This document shows positions 40,201 to 49,500 of a stretch of DNA of 64,000 nucleotides, in pieces. Positions within the stretch are counted from its first letter, which is position 1; each line of letters begins with the position of its first letter. Position numbers and translations under genes: made by a program. The stretch is from Fidelibacterota bacterium (GTDB taxonomy: Bacteria; Fidelibacterota; Marinisomatia; Marinisomatales; TCS55). The stretch spans positions 73,660 to 137,659 of the forward strand of contig JBHHTW010000003.1 of NCBI GenBank assembly GCA_046861385.1, read 5' to 3'. The notes beneath the pieces are model-generated. The model was not told the DNA's origin and made no database searches. It saw only the letters and a list, made by a program, of their open reading frames with translations.

Positions 40201-40302
40201 ATTTATTTTTCCAGTTATACCTCCAATCAAATTCAAGGGAATTAAGATTAAGAAAATTATAAAGACAAGAAACGCCTTTTTTCCATTCATAGACAAATTC
40301 AT
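37285..40302 (-). CDS. TonB-dependent receptor (carboxypeptidase-regulatory-domain / Oar-like type)
   Basis: GITGKINGHVKD, GGLSAEYGNAQAGIINIVTKEG, YIQDKMEY, SPRIGVAHPIT, GNPRL.YEKT and terminal PREIKIGIRSSF. Confidence 0.9.
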   Translation of the reverse strand: MNLSMNGKKAFLVFIIFLILIPLNLIGGITGKINGHVKDSKGQILSGTNILLAGTNRGAAADKDGYFVILNVAPGSYSLTAQMIGYKSLTIKNIKVNPDRTSLVNFTLYEEAIEGEEVIVVAERPRVEVDRTYSEYIVSSEDIGRSVLVKNVEELIALEPGMDIGGRGMIRGGDMNSIAADVVYYVDGVKMISNDGLSLLNYNGAGKYDIESISIITGGLSAEYGNAQAGIINIVTKEGTDIFHANIEYTNELSGKHHWGPNYFDSPEHRGHMHWDNAEWVNEIDSLTGNLVHKKIDYVQNWGGAIQGNLAGPITKNISFFLGGRTSNEAVNEISPLSHAADNFNGTWKLSINIHPKIALKFGGLYSSSWGFNSGGGTAGIRSGGQNIFLPMNEAAAGKTVNTDKMNYLSFTHMLSEKTYYELRISNSVNTQTPEDTPDSTTGIQKDKDNWFYLPRKINAFTKGQRIRFGVKFDFSTQLNQNNFLKTGFDYTEYNVWAVNYNDILNRRSFSFIGDHHTLESPVKPKQFAWYIQDKMEYKGLVVNAGIRLDRFDPSTEYPVTTAMGASDFFFNSFTRFNYDSLNAFGLLKKVEPITAWSPRIGVAHPITDRSMIHFFYGHIYQLASFYTLFGEYWSNDGSRDKDINGNGISDPTEEYNTIEEGNFGNPRLQYEKTISFELGFDWNFYADYVLALSTFYKSSNNQVSSPGSVQLNWWDPAKQMFDFQFTHMAGNGIHEDIQGFELSLKKNFNRNFGFKLSYNLQWAVQGEAGIGSQFWIPDSQFIANGHFWTQYSVNEDGSENPRPLFPFFLVNSYASKANTFIDSLRSLGLEVHQLDSTGLWVVEFWGGTEEQPKPEADIRSYGKAQLFFATPDKFGPWGLLGDITINMIYKMSTGTPFDYSPPGKPNEWRNGPLTTQTDLSFEKIFFKKGNYRATLFVQITNLFNQRDIRGDGSFKSIYGPEYIRWGMETPRPDNELYQEYGDFYANSRYHGTPREIKIGIRSSF

Positions 40303-40313
40303 AGGATATCAGA

Positions 40314-40346
40314 ATCAGACCGCCCCGATTTCCGGGGCGGTCTGAT
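40314..40346 (-). terminator. Perfect 14-bp GC-rich stem-loop inside the operon (weak terminator or mRNA stabiliser)
   Basis: atcagaccgccccg-atttc-cggggcggtctgat just after the stop of 40353-41348; no strong U-tract. Confidence 0.6.
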
Positions 40347-40352
40347 AGGATA

Positions 40353-41348
40353 TTATTTTATGAGCAGTAATTTTCTGGTTTGAGTAAAACTGCCTGCTTC
40401 AATACGATAAAAGTAAACTCCTGACGGCATATCTCCGGCATCCCACACGGCTGAGTGTGTCCCGGGTGTAACCACCATATTTACCAAAGTGCTCACCTCT
40501 TTTCCCAAAACATTGAATACGGCAAGTTTAACCGGTCCTATTTCAGGAATCGTATAGTTAATGTGTGTAACCGGATTGAATGGGTTTGGATAATTTTGAT
40601 TCAACTCAAACCCTTTAGCGATCGATGCATTATCATCAATTCCGAGAGGGGGTGATTCGTTATAGTAAACATCGTCAATGTGAAGCGCGCTGGAATCATC
40701 ATCAAAGACCCCAACCAAAACCAACATGGGTGCCGGATCTGTAACATTGTCTGTTGTGAACACAAATTGTGCCGTATCTGTTGGAGCTGAACCATCTGCA
40801 AAAGCCCAAACAGAAACAGTATCGCCCTTAGTTACAATTTTCTTCCAAAACCATTGATTGTATACAATAGCATCATTAATAACAGGACCGCCCATTTGAT
40901 CCAATTGAAAATAATAACTGCCAACCCCGCTTATTACTGGTGATACAGCAGCAGTATAAACATTCAAGTTTGTTAAAAAATTAGGGTCAATAGCGATAGC
41001 AACATGAAATTGATCCCGGTCGGTTGGTGTTCCTGTTGTGGATATTTTCAATTTTATCCATATTTCAGAATCGGTTGGCGTAATGGGTGCATTTGCATCA
41101 GTCGATTGATCGATTTGAAGCCAACAGGAATTATTATCAAAGGGATCAGTGCCGGGATCGGGAACGGTAAGCATTAGTTCACCTCCAGATACTTCAACAC
41201 CTCCCCAACCCCACCATGTCCAGCTCATGTCACTGTTAACAGCTCCTGTAATTGCAGGAGTAGCGTCAGTCGAAAAACTCTCATGCCACCCGAATATAGT
41301 CGTCTGTATAATCATAATAGTGATCACTGCTAATATCGTTTTCTTCAT
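40353..41348 (-). CDS. Secreted beta-rich (possibly lectin-like) protein with T9SS type A-like C-terminal domain
   Basis: Signal peptide; C-terminal LNQNYPNPFNP.T.INY...VFNVLGKEV..SGVYFYRI..TRKLLLIK. Confidence 0.75.
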   Translation of the reverse strand: MKKTILAVITIMIIQTTIFGWHESFSTDATPAITGAVNSDMSWTWWGWGGVEVSGGELMLTVPDPGTDPFDNNSCWLQIDQSTDANAPITPTDSEIWIKLKISTTGTPTDRDQFHVAIAIDPNFLTNLNVYTAAVSPVISGVGSYYFQLDQMGGPVINDAIVYNQWFWKKIVTKGDTVSVWAFADGSAPTDTAQFVFTTDNVTDPAPMLVLVGVFDDDSSALHIDDVYYNESPPLGIDDNASIAKGFELNQNYPNPFNPVTHINYTIPEIGPVKLAVFNVLGKEVSTLVNMVVTPGTHSAVWDAGDMPSGVYFYRIEAGSFTQTRKLLLIK

Positions 41349-41379
41349 TGTTATCTCCTTGGTTTGTTATCTCTGCTAT

Positions 41380-42099
41380 TTAATATTTATATGTGAGTCC
41401 TAATTCAAATGTTAAAAATTGTAATGGCACAACTTCAAATAAACCCCAGTCTTCGAATGAGCGTAAATAGCCAATAGAGGTATGATAATTAATGCTGAAT
41501 AGGAGGTTCATTGTCTGATTAATTGATGAGTAACCGCCAACGCCTAGGTTTCCACCCCAAGCGACTCGCCTGTCAGTAACGGGAGCCATTATTTTATTTT
41601 CATCCAATGGCTGTCTGTATTGCCCAGGATATATTAGACCTTTTACATGGTGAGTATAATTGTAAAACCCAATACCGTAAGTAATGGAAGGGTGGATTCT
41701 CCTACTAACCAAGTCAAATGTTTTCCCGGTAAAATATTTTCGTGTTTTTAGAATAAAATCATTCCAAATCATATTGGCATTTGCTTGGTTGCTGGAATAA
41801 TAATTGTAGTCAACGATCCACTTGAATTTCTTATTTTCAATTGATCCGTGGTTATATTTCTGATAATGAAATTCAAAAACGGTCTCTGTGCTTTCATTAT
41901 TCTTAAAAGCGTATTGAATTCCAATAACAGGGGTGACGTTGTACCAATTATTTAAACCCAATATTGGAACACCCGTGCCGGTAAAAAAAGATATACTTTG
42001 ATGTTTGTCAGGTAGTTGAGAGAATATAGATGAAGTGATAATTACAGCGGTAAAGAGATAATTAAATTTGATTTTGGTAGATTTGATTCGTTCCTTCAC
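41380..42099 (-). CDS. Probable small outer-membrane beta-barrel protein
   Basis: Signal region, alternating beta-strand pattern and terminal FELGLTYKY. Confidence 0.6.
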   Translation of the reverse strand: MKERIKSTKIKFNYLFTAVIITSSIFSQLPDKHQSISFFTGTGVPILGLNNWYNVTPVIGIQYAFKNNESTETVFEFHYQKYNHGSIENKKFKWIVDYNYYSSNQANANMIWNDFILKTRKYFTGKTFDLVSRRIHPSITYGIGFYNYTHHVKGLIYPGQYRQPLDENKIMAPVTDRRVAWGGNLGVGGYSSINQTMNLLFSINYHTSIGYLRSFEDWGLFEVVPLQFLTFELGLTYKY

Positions 42100-42116
42100 T
42101 TTGGTTTTTACTAAGC

Positions 42117-42158
42117 TGTAGTTGCTACAATGTAATTATTAAAACTTGTTTATATCAA
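42117..42158 (-). promoter_or_regulatory. Candidate promoter with a palindromic operator
   Basis: Minus-strand TTGATA-N18-TACATT followed by the inverted repeat TGTAG-caa-CTACA; pattern match only. Confidence 0.3.
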
Positions 42159-42180
42159 TATGTTCTATCAGCTGTACTTT

Positions 42181-44520
42181 TTACCTTTTTATGAGCCAGA
42201 CTTCATTTAACCTTGACTGCAATCGCCAGTTAATGTCCGGTTCATAGGGAATCTCAAATGTTAACTTGATTGTCCCGGTCCGGTAGAGATCTTTTGAAAT
42301 GGGAAATTCTTTTATTTCACCAATTCCTTTTCCATCAAGTGTAGGAAATATGTGTTTTCCGTTCACACTGACCAGACACTGACCATACCCGGTTGTCCGG
42401 AGGATATAAGTTGCAGTTGGGTCAATATGATCATATTGAAGTCCCACCGGCCAGTCCATTTTACTGACCCATGATTGGCGTACCCGAGCCATCCCATTAT
42501 TCCACCACATAAAATCAGGATTTGGATTGGTAATCATGAGCGGATCTTCTGAGAACGGTTTTCCTCTCAAAACATGTTCTGACTTGGATATATTCCCTAT
42601 GTCATCATAAAAACTTCCTGGACCCGGATGTTCCCAGGTACGGATGATATCTAGCCGGGAAAGTTTTTCATCTTCAGACGTCATTTTCTCTATTTCAGCA
42701 AACTGATCTTCGATCCACCAACGATTATTCAACGGATAGTCAATATAATCCAGAACGGCACTTCGTTCCGGGTTACTGGCACCATATTTTGGCACACTGC
42801 TCTGGTAGCCCATATTCTCATATAATGTGCCACAGAGAGCAATTATCTTTTGTCTGAATTCCGGGTGAATTGGATGATCGTCTACCCGGGCAAAAATGGC
42901 CCTGGCTTGTTCTATCGTTTGACCTGCTCCGATTTCCGGCGCTTTGCCTAAAAGAACATTCACTTCATTCTCCAAGCCCTGTTCATGAAGGAGTCTGGCC
43001 CTGATGTAGGCGTCATAATATCCTTTCAACTGGATGAACTGCCACCGCCAGGTATCATTCAATTCCGGATTAGATTGTTCGAGAGATTGGATTTCTTCCA
43101 GGGTGACATTTACTCCTGTATTTTCAACGAGGGGGCCTGACCAATTGGATTCCAGGCTAAAAATCAATTGGGTGATTTTTGGGGAAAGAGCCGGGCTAAA
43201 AAAGAACTGAGAATACTCCCGGATTACATCCCGGACATCCATTTGATGATCCCAACCGAGCAAACTGTAAACAAATTTGTTCACATCATCATGAATTCCG
43301 TCGGAATAGGTAATAAACCCATCAATATATTGTTCATTATGATGAAAAATAGTGCTGTAATATACTGGTTCCGGATTGGTTCCTTCCCGACCGGAAGTAA
43401 ATGCGAATGCAGGATCAATCCATACAGCGGGGTATTGAGCCCGAACCGTATGAGTAATATCGGGATAGTCCCGGAGTAAATATTGTTTTGGTAATTGTTC
43501 ACGGAGATAAGGCAGGGGAGGGCTGGACGGCCCGCCGACGGCTCCCCCAAACCACGATGGTTGATACTCCTGAATCCATTGGAAAAAATACAGAATCTCG
43601 TCTTCCTCAAATCCCTGCAGGGACATCCAAATTTTGGTATGGGGAAAATGTTGTTTAAGTAATTCGGATATATCTTCCAGAAAGGGCATCACATATTTAG
43701 GGTGATTATTCCCCGGGTCGCCCCCAGGAAAAAAGACAGCATCTAATTTTGTACATTCTTCATAAAAGGCTTCATTCTCCAGTAGATGGGCCGCCCGTTT
43801 ATCCGGATCACTGAGATCCACAGTTGCTGGAGTCCATACCCAATACTGCATTCCATATTTACGGCAGATATTCCCCAGCACGCGGTTCATTTCCTTTTTA
43901 GGTAGGGGCATCAGGGGGCTTTCTCCCCCAGACAATGGAATGTTCTCGATGGCATTCACGCCGAAAATAGCTAATTCCCGGATATATTGATCGTATTGTT
44001 CCGGCGTCCAGGCATCGTATGAATTGGCCGTAGGCCGATAGCCAAGCTGGTGGCCGCGGATACGATGATCTGGTGAGGATTGAATATTCAACGGATGATC
44101 CAACACAATTTCTCCAGGAGACATTTGAAGGGTTCGGAGCAATTTCCCGACGCCATTCATAACCCCTTTAGGGTCAATTCCTTGAATGATGAGTATGTTA
44201 TGATCCGTGGAAATTGCAAATCGACCGTTTTGTTCAGTGGAATCTTGAAAGAAATCAGGTCCGGCTTGAATCAAAATCGCCTTTCCCTTTGTTGGGTGAT
44301 CATTGGATATTTTCCAGCGGATTCCAGTTCGTTTTTCCACTTCTTCCACCAAAACCGTGACAGCTGTTTGTTCGACCAGAGGAAGGGTCTCATCTTCAAT
44401 CACCACCGTTACCTGGGTCCAATGGGTGGCATTGGAAGGATGAATATGTTGAGTGGGACGACATGAATTCCACAAAAAGAAGTAGAATAGGATCGGAAGG
44501 ACATGATTCATTTTTTTCAT
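42181..44520 (-). CDS. Uncharacterised lipoprotein, putative glycoside hydrolase (GH20/GH67-like N-terminal domain plus barrel)
   Basis: Lipobox WNSC; L.EEVEKRTG..W and IQGID.KG...GVGKLLR; RGHQLGYRP.ANSYDAW and FFPGGDPG. Confidence 0.55.
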   Translation of the reverse strand: MKKMNHVLPILFYFFLWNSCRPTQHIHPSNATHWTQVTVVIEDETLPLVEQTAVTVLVEEVEKRTGIRWKISNDHPTKGKAILIQAGPDFFQDSTEQNGRFAISTDHNILIIQGIDPKGVMNGVGKLLRTLQMSPGEIVLDHPLNIQSSPDHRIRGHQLGYRPTANSYDAWTPEQYDQYIRELAIFGVNAIENIPLSGGESPLMPLPKKEMNRVLGNICRKYGMQYWVWTPATVDLSDPDKRAAHLLENEAFYEECTKLDAVFFPGGDPGNNHPKYVMPFLEDISELLKQHFPHTKIWMSLQGFEEDEILYFFQWIQEYQPSWFGGAVGGPSSPPLPYLREQLPKQYLLRDYPDITHTVRAQYPAVWIDPAFAFTSGREGTNPEPVYYSTIFHHNEQYIDGFITYSDGIHDDVNKFVYSLLGWDHQMDVRDVIREYSQFFFSPALSPKITQLIFSLESNWSGPLVENTGVNVTLEEIQSLEQSNPELNDTWRWQFIQLKGYYDAYIRARLLHEQGLENEVNVLLGKAPEIGAGQTIEQARAIFARVDDHPIHPEFRQKIIALCGTLYENMGYQSSVPKYGASNPERSAVLDYIDYPLNNRWWIEDQFAEIEKMTSEDEKLSRLDIIRTWEHPGPGSFYDDIGNISKSEHVLRGKPFSEDPLMITNPNPDFMWWNNGMARVRQSWVSKMDWPVGLQYDHIDPTATYILRTTGYGQCLVSVNGKHIFPTLDGKGIGEIKEFPISKDLYRTGTIKLTFEIPYEPDINWRLQSRLNEVWLIKR

Positions 44521-44691
44521 GGTTAACGTCGAATGGGTTGGTTGAAGTTAATGGGTAAAAATCAATATTTAAGATCCTTATAATTTAAGAAATTTGTTTG
44601 CCAATGGCATATTTAGTTCCAAAATTAGGAATAACAAAGATTCGTATTTCAATCAATTTGTGATAAATATATAACAGAAACCGATTTTATT

Positions 44692-45183
44692 ATGATTGTA
44701 GACAGTTGGGAAGAAGCAAAGAAATATGTGGAGAGTTGGAAATCTGCCGGAGAAACCATCGTATTTACCAATGGGTGTTTTGATCTTCTTCACCGAGGTC
44801 ATGTAGAATATTTAGAAGAAACTAAATCACTTGGTGATAAACTGATTCTGGCACTGAACAGTGACCAATCCGTTCAAAAATTGAAAGGGAATTCACGTCC
44901 GATTCTACATCAGGATGACAGAGCAGTGATTCTTGACGGGCTGAAAGCGGTTGATCTGGTGGTGATTTTCGACCAGGAAACGCCGACCGAAATTATTGAA
45001 TGTCTACTTCCTGATATTTTAGCAAAGGGAGGAGATTACACCGCGGATCAGGTAATGGGCGCAGATGTAGTTAAAGCCCATGGCGGGAAAGTAGTTATTA
45101 TTCCATTTAGGCCTAGCTTCAGTTCTTCGGATATAATTAAAAAGATTATAAAATTAACTAAACCAAACCTTAAGACACCTTAA
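44692..45183 (+). CDS. rfaE2: D-glycero-beta-D-manno-heptose 1-phosphate adenylyltransferase
   Basis: VFTNGCFDLLHRGH, LNSDQSV.KLKG.SRP and LAKGGDY. Confidence 0.92.
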   Translation: MIVDSWEEAKKYVESWKSAGETIVFTNGCFDLLHRGHVEYLEETKSLGDKLILALNSDQSVQKLKGNSRPILHQDDRAVILDGLKAVDLVVIFDQETPTEIIECLLPDILAKGGDYTADQVMGADVVKAHGGKVVIIPFRPSFSSSDIIKKIIKLTKPNLKTP

Positions 45184-45742
45184 AACTTTACTCCATCTTC
45201 CGGTAATAATCGTTTAAAGTTCGTTTGCCCATTCAAGTTCGACACCCGGTAAACGGACCCGGTATTGATGCGGTTCGCCATAGCCAATGCCCGATGGGTT
45301 GAACCTTTGACCAGATAAAAATTCATTCTCATCTCCGGGATATCTTACCGAAGTTCTTCACGGAAGACGAGAGTATTGGATTCGTATTTCCGCGTTCCTG
45401 CCAGGTGTTCCACATAATTATCTTTAATCAGATTCCATCCATTTCCCAAAGTAAATAATCCATTGGATAACTACAAGATCGGGTCGTTTTTTTAAATGAG
45501 CCAGTATTTGAGCCAACGCATCTTCACCCATCGGTGGTGAATAAAAATGCTTTTTCCAGTCAATGGAAATTGAATTTCGGCTGATCCGCCCAGGTAGACC
45601 ACCCGGATGCGTCAGAAACTTCTGACAGCAGAAGGCGCTTCCAGGCTTGGTCCAGCTTTCTTGCAATGTGATAGATGTAATTTTCGCCAGCAGAGATCCA
45701 GCTTGAATAAATAAAGATAATCGCAATGATTGAAATTTTCAT
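45182..45742 (-). pseudogene. Collapsed remnant of a secreted protein gene (possibly GH38/GH57-like)
   Basis: Signal peptide MKISIIAII.. joined directly to DQAWKRLLLSEVSDASGW; protein-like text continues in shifting frames with stops. Confidence 0.45.
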
Positions 45743-45871
45743 GGTTGGAGTTTTCTTTGTATTCTATTGAAATAATACGTCATTATACATAATTGTATTT
45801 AATATTAAGCCAAAGGGGTTGAGATGACTGGAATTCGTTACTTGAAATGAAATCGATAGAAAATATGTATA

Positions 45872-46840
45872 TTATAGTCCTATTTTTAAAATATCGTGGA
45901 TATGTATCACACCGAATAAGGTATTTGGATTTTCTGGTTCCGTGACAAAAAGGGACGTAATACTGTATTCTTCCATGAGTTCCAATGCTTTAATCGCCAG
46001 CGTATTTGACGGTATTTTTTTTGGAGATTTACTCATTAAGAATTCAGCTGTTTTACTAAAAATATTTTCTCCTCCTCGTTCGATTCCCCGGCGGATATCC
46101 CCATCGGTAATGATACCGATTAATTCATCATCATCATTGATGACTCCTGTCATTCCAAATCCCTTTTCCGACATGGTCAGGAGCGCCTCCTGAATGCTGG
46201 TATCTTTATAGACAAGGGGGATATTTTTTTGATTGTGAATAATCTTATCTAGAGTCAGTAATAATTTTTTCCCCAGGTTCCCGCCCGGATGACGGATGGC
46301 AAAGTCTTCTTCCTTGAAGCCTTTTTTCTCCATAATGGAGATTGCCAGAGCATCCCCCAGAACCAGAGTAGCTGTGGAGCTGGAAGTCGGAGCGAGTCCC
46401 ATGGGATCCGCTTCAGACCGGACACCAATATCCAGATGAATTTGACTGATGTTTGACAGGGGAGAATCCGGATTTCCGGTAATGGTCATCATTTTGGCTC
46501 CAATATGTTCAATGGGGGGAATGAGTTCCAGCAATTCTTTACTTTTCCCGCTGTAAGATATGAGCACACAAACGTCTTCTTTGGTAATCATTCCCAAGTC
46601 GCCATGCCCGGCATCACAAGCGTGCATGAAAAATGACGGTATCCCTAAACTGGAAAAAGTAGCAGCACATTTTCTCGCTACATGTCCGGATTTTCCAAGG
46701 CCTAAAAAGATCACTTTTCCGGTGGCGTTGGCTATCGTATCAGCTGCCTGGCTGAAATCTTTTCCCAATGATTTTTCTAATTCCGCCAACGCTAGGATTT
46801 CTTTTTGAATGACTTTTTTCCCGGATGTTAAATATTCCAT
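45872..46840 (-). CDS. kdsD: KpsF/GutQ arabinose-5-phosphate isomerase (SIS plus two CBS domains)
   Basis: GLGKSGHVA, HGDLG, ISYSG, LAPTSS, HPGG.LG, IITDGDIRR and IHIHDIL. Confidence 0.92.
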   Translation of the reverse strand: MEYLTSGKKVIQKEILALAELEKSLGKDFSQAADTIANATGKVIFLGLGKSGHVARKCAATFSSLGIPSFFMHACDAGHGDLGMITKEDVCVLISYSGKSKELLELIPPIEHIGAKMMTITGNPDSPLSNISQIHLDIGVRSEADPMGLAPTSSSTATLVLGDALAISIMEKKGFKEEDFAIRHPGGNLGKKLLLTLDKIIHNQKNIPLVYKDTSIQEALLTMSEKGFGMTGVINDDDELIGIITDGDIRRGIERGGENIFSKTAEFLMSKSPKKIPSNTLAIKALELMEEYSITSLFVTEPENPNTLFGVIHIHDILKIGL

Positions 46841-46874
46841 ATTGTGTCCAATTATATCATGAGAATTTAAATGA

Positions 46875-48095
46875 TTATTTTAGTAAAATCAGTTTCTGAC
46901 TTTTACTAAAACTTTCGCTTACCATTTGCAAAATATAGACTCCGGTGGGGACGGAATTTCCAGACTCATCGTGTCCATCCCAAGTTAGATTATAAGTCCC
47001 CGGTTGATATTTTTTTGTCTCAGACATGATTTCCTGACCGAGGAGTGTATAAATTGTAAATGAAATATTCGATTGTTTAGGTACGCTGAAATCCACATGT
47101 GTCACAGGATTGAAAGGATTCGGATAATTCTGACTTAAAGAATATTCTCTAAATGGTCTAGTATTATCCTGATCAACTTGAACATAATCCAGTCCTATAA
47201 ACTCACTTACTCCACGAACTAAAGCATAAGCAGTCGAATCATATGAACCAGCTTGCGCACAATTCATATCTTCGTAGGTTAATGCCATCACATTTTCGCC
47301 CTGAGTCATCCACCACCAGCTTTCCGGGTATTGATCGGGAGTACCCGATGTCCAACTGATAAAATAATTCCATGATTCAATACCGCCGGGGAAATAGGAT
47401 TGGATTCCATTGATAAATTGCTGTTCAAGTAGTGCATAGTTATTAGAAGTACCTTGGGTAGCGTGGTAAACGAAATAGCGAGAACAATTATAAGCGGAAT
47501 GCATATTGAGAGCCACTTCTATCGGGTTACTAAGTGCCATAAGTTCAATGAAACGGTTTTTTAATACAATAACTTCTGGTTCCAAGATTGTATCATCCCA
47601 GCCGCTTTCAATATCTACACCGTTGGCATTCTCACGGGGATAACCCAATTCCACTCCATCCGGATTAAACATTGGAATAATGTGAAAAACACAATTTGCC
47701 CGTACAAATTCAGCAAAGGGCATTTCAGAAAGTAATAAATTGATAATTTCATTGGTAACCCAGAAAGATTCTTCTTCTCCGGGATGGGTTCTGGCATGAA
47801 TATAGACCCGTTTTAAAGATGAGGTTTCCAGATGATTTTCTGTAATTGTTAATTCCCATATGGCACGGTTTTGCGCAGTAGCTCCCAAGGAATCGATTAG
47901 GACATACGGGCTGTCCCCCCAACGATTCAAGTCGACGAGTAAGCTATCATAACCATACCCCCAATTTTGGTCAACCATATGAGTAATATCCTCATGATCC
48001 GGAATTAATCCGCATTTATTATCATCCTGCTGATAAATAATAGCTTGTCCAATTAAAATAGAATAGAAGTAAATAATTGCAGCAATGTGCCTCAT
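46875..48095 (-). CDS. Secreted M14 zinc carboxypeptidase with T9SS-like/FlgD C-terminal domain
   Basis: ARTHPGE, PMFNPDG, LNMHS and LTYE; C-terminal QNYPNPFNP...WDG.D.SG..VPTGVY. Confidence 0.85.
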   Translation of the reverse strand: MRHIAAIIYFYSILIGQAIIYQQDDNKCGLIPDHEDITHMVDQNWGYGYDSLLVDLNRWGDSPYVLIDSLGATAQNRAIWELTITENHLETSSLKRVYIHARTHPGEEESFWVTNEIINLLLSEMPFAEFVRANCVFHIIPMFNPDGVELGYPRENANGVDIESGWDDTILEPEVIVLKNRFIELMALSNPIEVALNMHSAYNCSRYFVYHATQGTSNNYALLEQQFINGIQSYFPGGIESWNYFISWTSGTPDQYPESWWWMTQGENVMALTYEDMNCAQAGSYDSTAYALVRGVSEFIGLDYVQVDQDNTRPFREYSLSQNYPNPFNPVTHVDFSVPKQSNISFTIYTLLGQEIMSETKKYQPGTYNLTWDGHDESGNSVPTGVYILQMVSESFSKSQKLILLK

Positions 48096-48114
48096 TATCT
48101 GATTTCCACTATAA

Positions 48115-49485
48115 TTATTTTTTTACTTTCCATAAATAATAGAATGTACCGCTGGCTGTTAATGCGATTCCGATCAAAGAAGGTATAAACGCCGTCACCA
48201 AAGTAATAATGAAGAATGCGGAATAAAGAATCAGAACAATGATCATGCTCCAAGGATAAAAAAGCGCTTTATACGGACGCTTCTTATTCGGCCATTTTTT
48301 CCGAAGAATATAAATCGCACCAAAGGTCAGTAGGTTAAAAATTGTGCTGGTCGCAGAAAAGAAATCAATAATCATTTCATAAGCATTGGTCCCGCTTGAT
48401 CCAGAAGAAATATAAGTTGAAACCACCGCAAAAATAAGTAAAACCGTTGCCCAGATTCCCTGTCCTATCAAAGCGTTATTCGGTGTTTTAAATACCGGAT
48501 GGAGTTTTTTAAACTTATTAAAAAACAATCCGTCTCTGGCCATGGCATGCCAGGTTCTGCTTTTACATAAAATTTGTGTGCTGATATTTCCAAAAGCATT
48601 TACAGCGACAGCAAGTGATATGAGAATTCCACCCGTGGCTCCCAGAACGACTTTCATGGCTGCGGAAGCAACCCATTTATTTTCTATTATGGCATTCACA
48701 TCTAATTGATATAAATATCCCAAGTTGGCTCCTAAATAGAGAAGCATTACTCCCCCGATTCCCAGGAAAAGAGACAGGGGTAATGTTTTTTGGGGATGTT
48801 TCACTTCCTCTGCCAAATAGGTTGCACCTTCCCATCCGCTAAAGGCAAAAAATGAATACCGTAATGCAGCGCCAATAGCAAGAATGGTCGGCCAGCCAAA
48901 GGAATCCGGCCACAATGGATTGGTAAAATTTTGGATATTGCCGGTTGAAAAGGAAGTTAAAGTAATACCGATGATGGCTCCCAACGCGCCAATTTTTATC
49001 GTACTGAAAAAGATTTGAAATTTTCCACTCATTCTGACACCAAAGAGATTGATGCCCGTCAAAAGCCATATAGTGATAAGGGCAATAATAAATGTGAGTG
49101 TCAGGCCGAATGGTGTTCCAACCAAAATTTCTGTAATGGCATTCAAGTATTCAGTAAAAACCAAAGCAACTGCTACTATTGAAGCTGTTTCAGATACAAA
49201 AAACATTGCCCAGCCTCGAATGAAAGCGATGTAGGGGCCATATGCTTCCTTCAGAAAAACATAGGGACCGCCGGATTTGGGAAGCATCGCAGTGAGTTCG
49301 GCATAGATTACTGCGCCAAAAATGGTAATGATTCCGCCGATGACCCAAACCAGACCAAATAGTGATGTACAACCCACCAAAGCCATAATGGGTGCAGGCG
49401 TTCGAAAAATTCCTGAACCAATAATCCGACTAATGACGATAGCGACAGACTCTTTTAGCCCCAATCCTTGTTTGTAATCAGTCAT
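48115..49485 (-). CDS. APC-superfamily amino acid permease
   Basis: IIGSGIF, YAEL..MLPKSGG.Y, FAFSGWE, AEEVKHP and AMARDGLFF. Confidence 0.92.
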   Translation of the reverse strand: MTDYKQGLGLKESVAIVISRIIGSGIFRTPAPIMALVGCTSLFGLVWVIGGIITIFGAVIYAELTAMLPKSGGPYVFLKEAYGPYIAFIRGWAMFFVSETASIVAVALVFTEYLNAITEILVGTPFGLTLTFIIALITIWLLTGINLFGVRMSGKFQIFFSTIKIGALGAIIGITLTSFSTGNIQNFTNPLWPDSFGWPTILAIGAALRYSFFAFSGWEGATYLAEEVKHPQKTLPLSLFLGIGGVMLLYLGANLGYLYQLDVNAIIENKWVASAAMKVVLGATGGILISLAVAVNAFGNISTQILCKSRTWHAMARDGLFFNKFKKLHPVFKTPNNALIGQGIWATVLLIFAVVSTYISSGSSGTNAYEMIIDFFSATSTIFNLLTFGAIYILRKKWPNKKRPYKALFYPWSMIIVLILYSAFFIITLVTAFIPSLIGIALTASGTFYYLWKVKK

Positions 49486-49500
49486 AATAAAAAATGAAGC

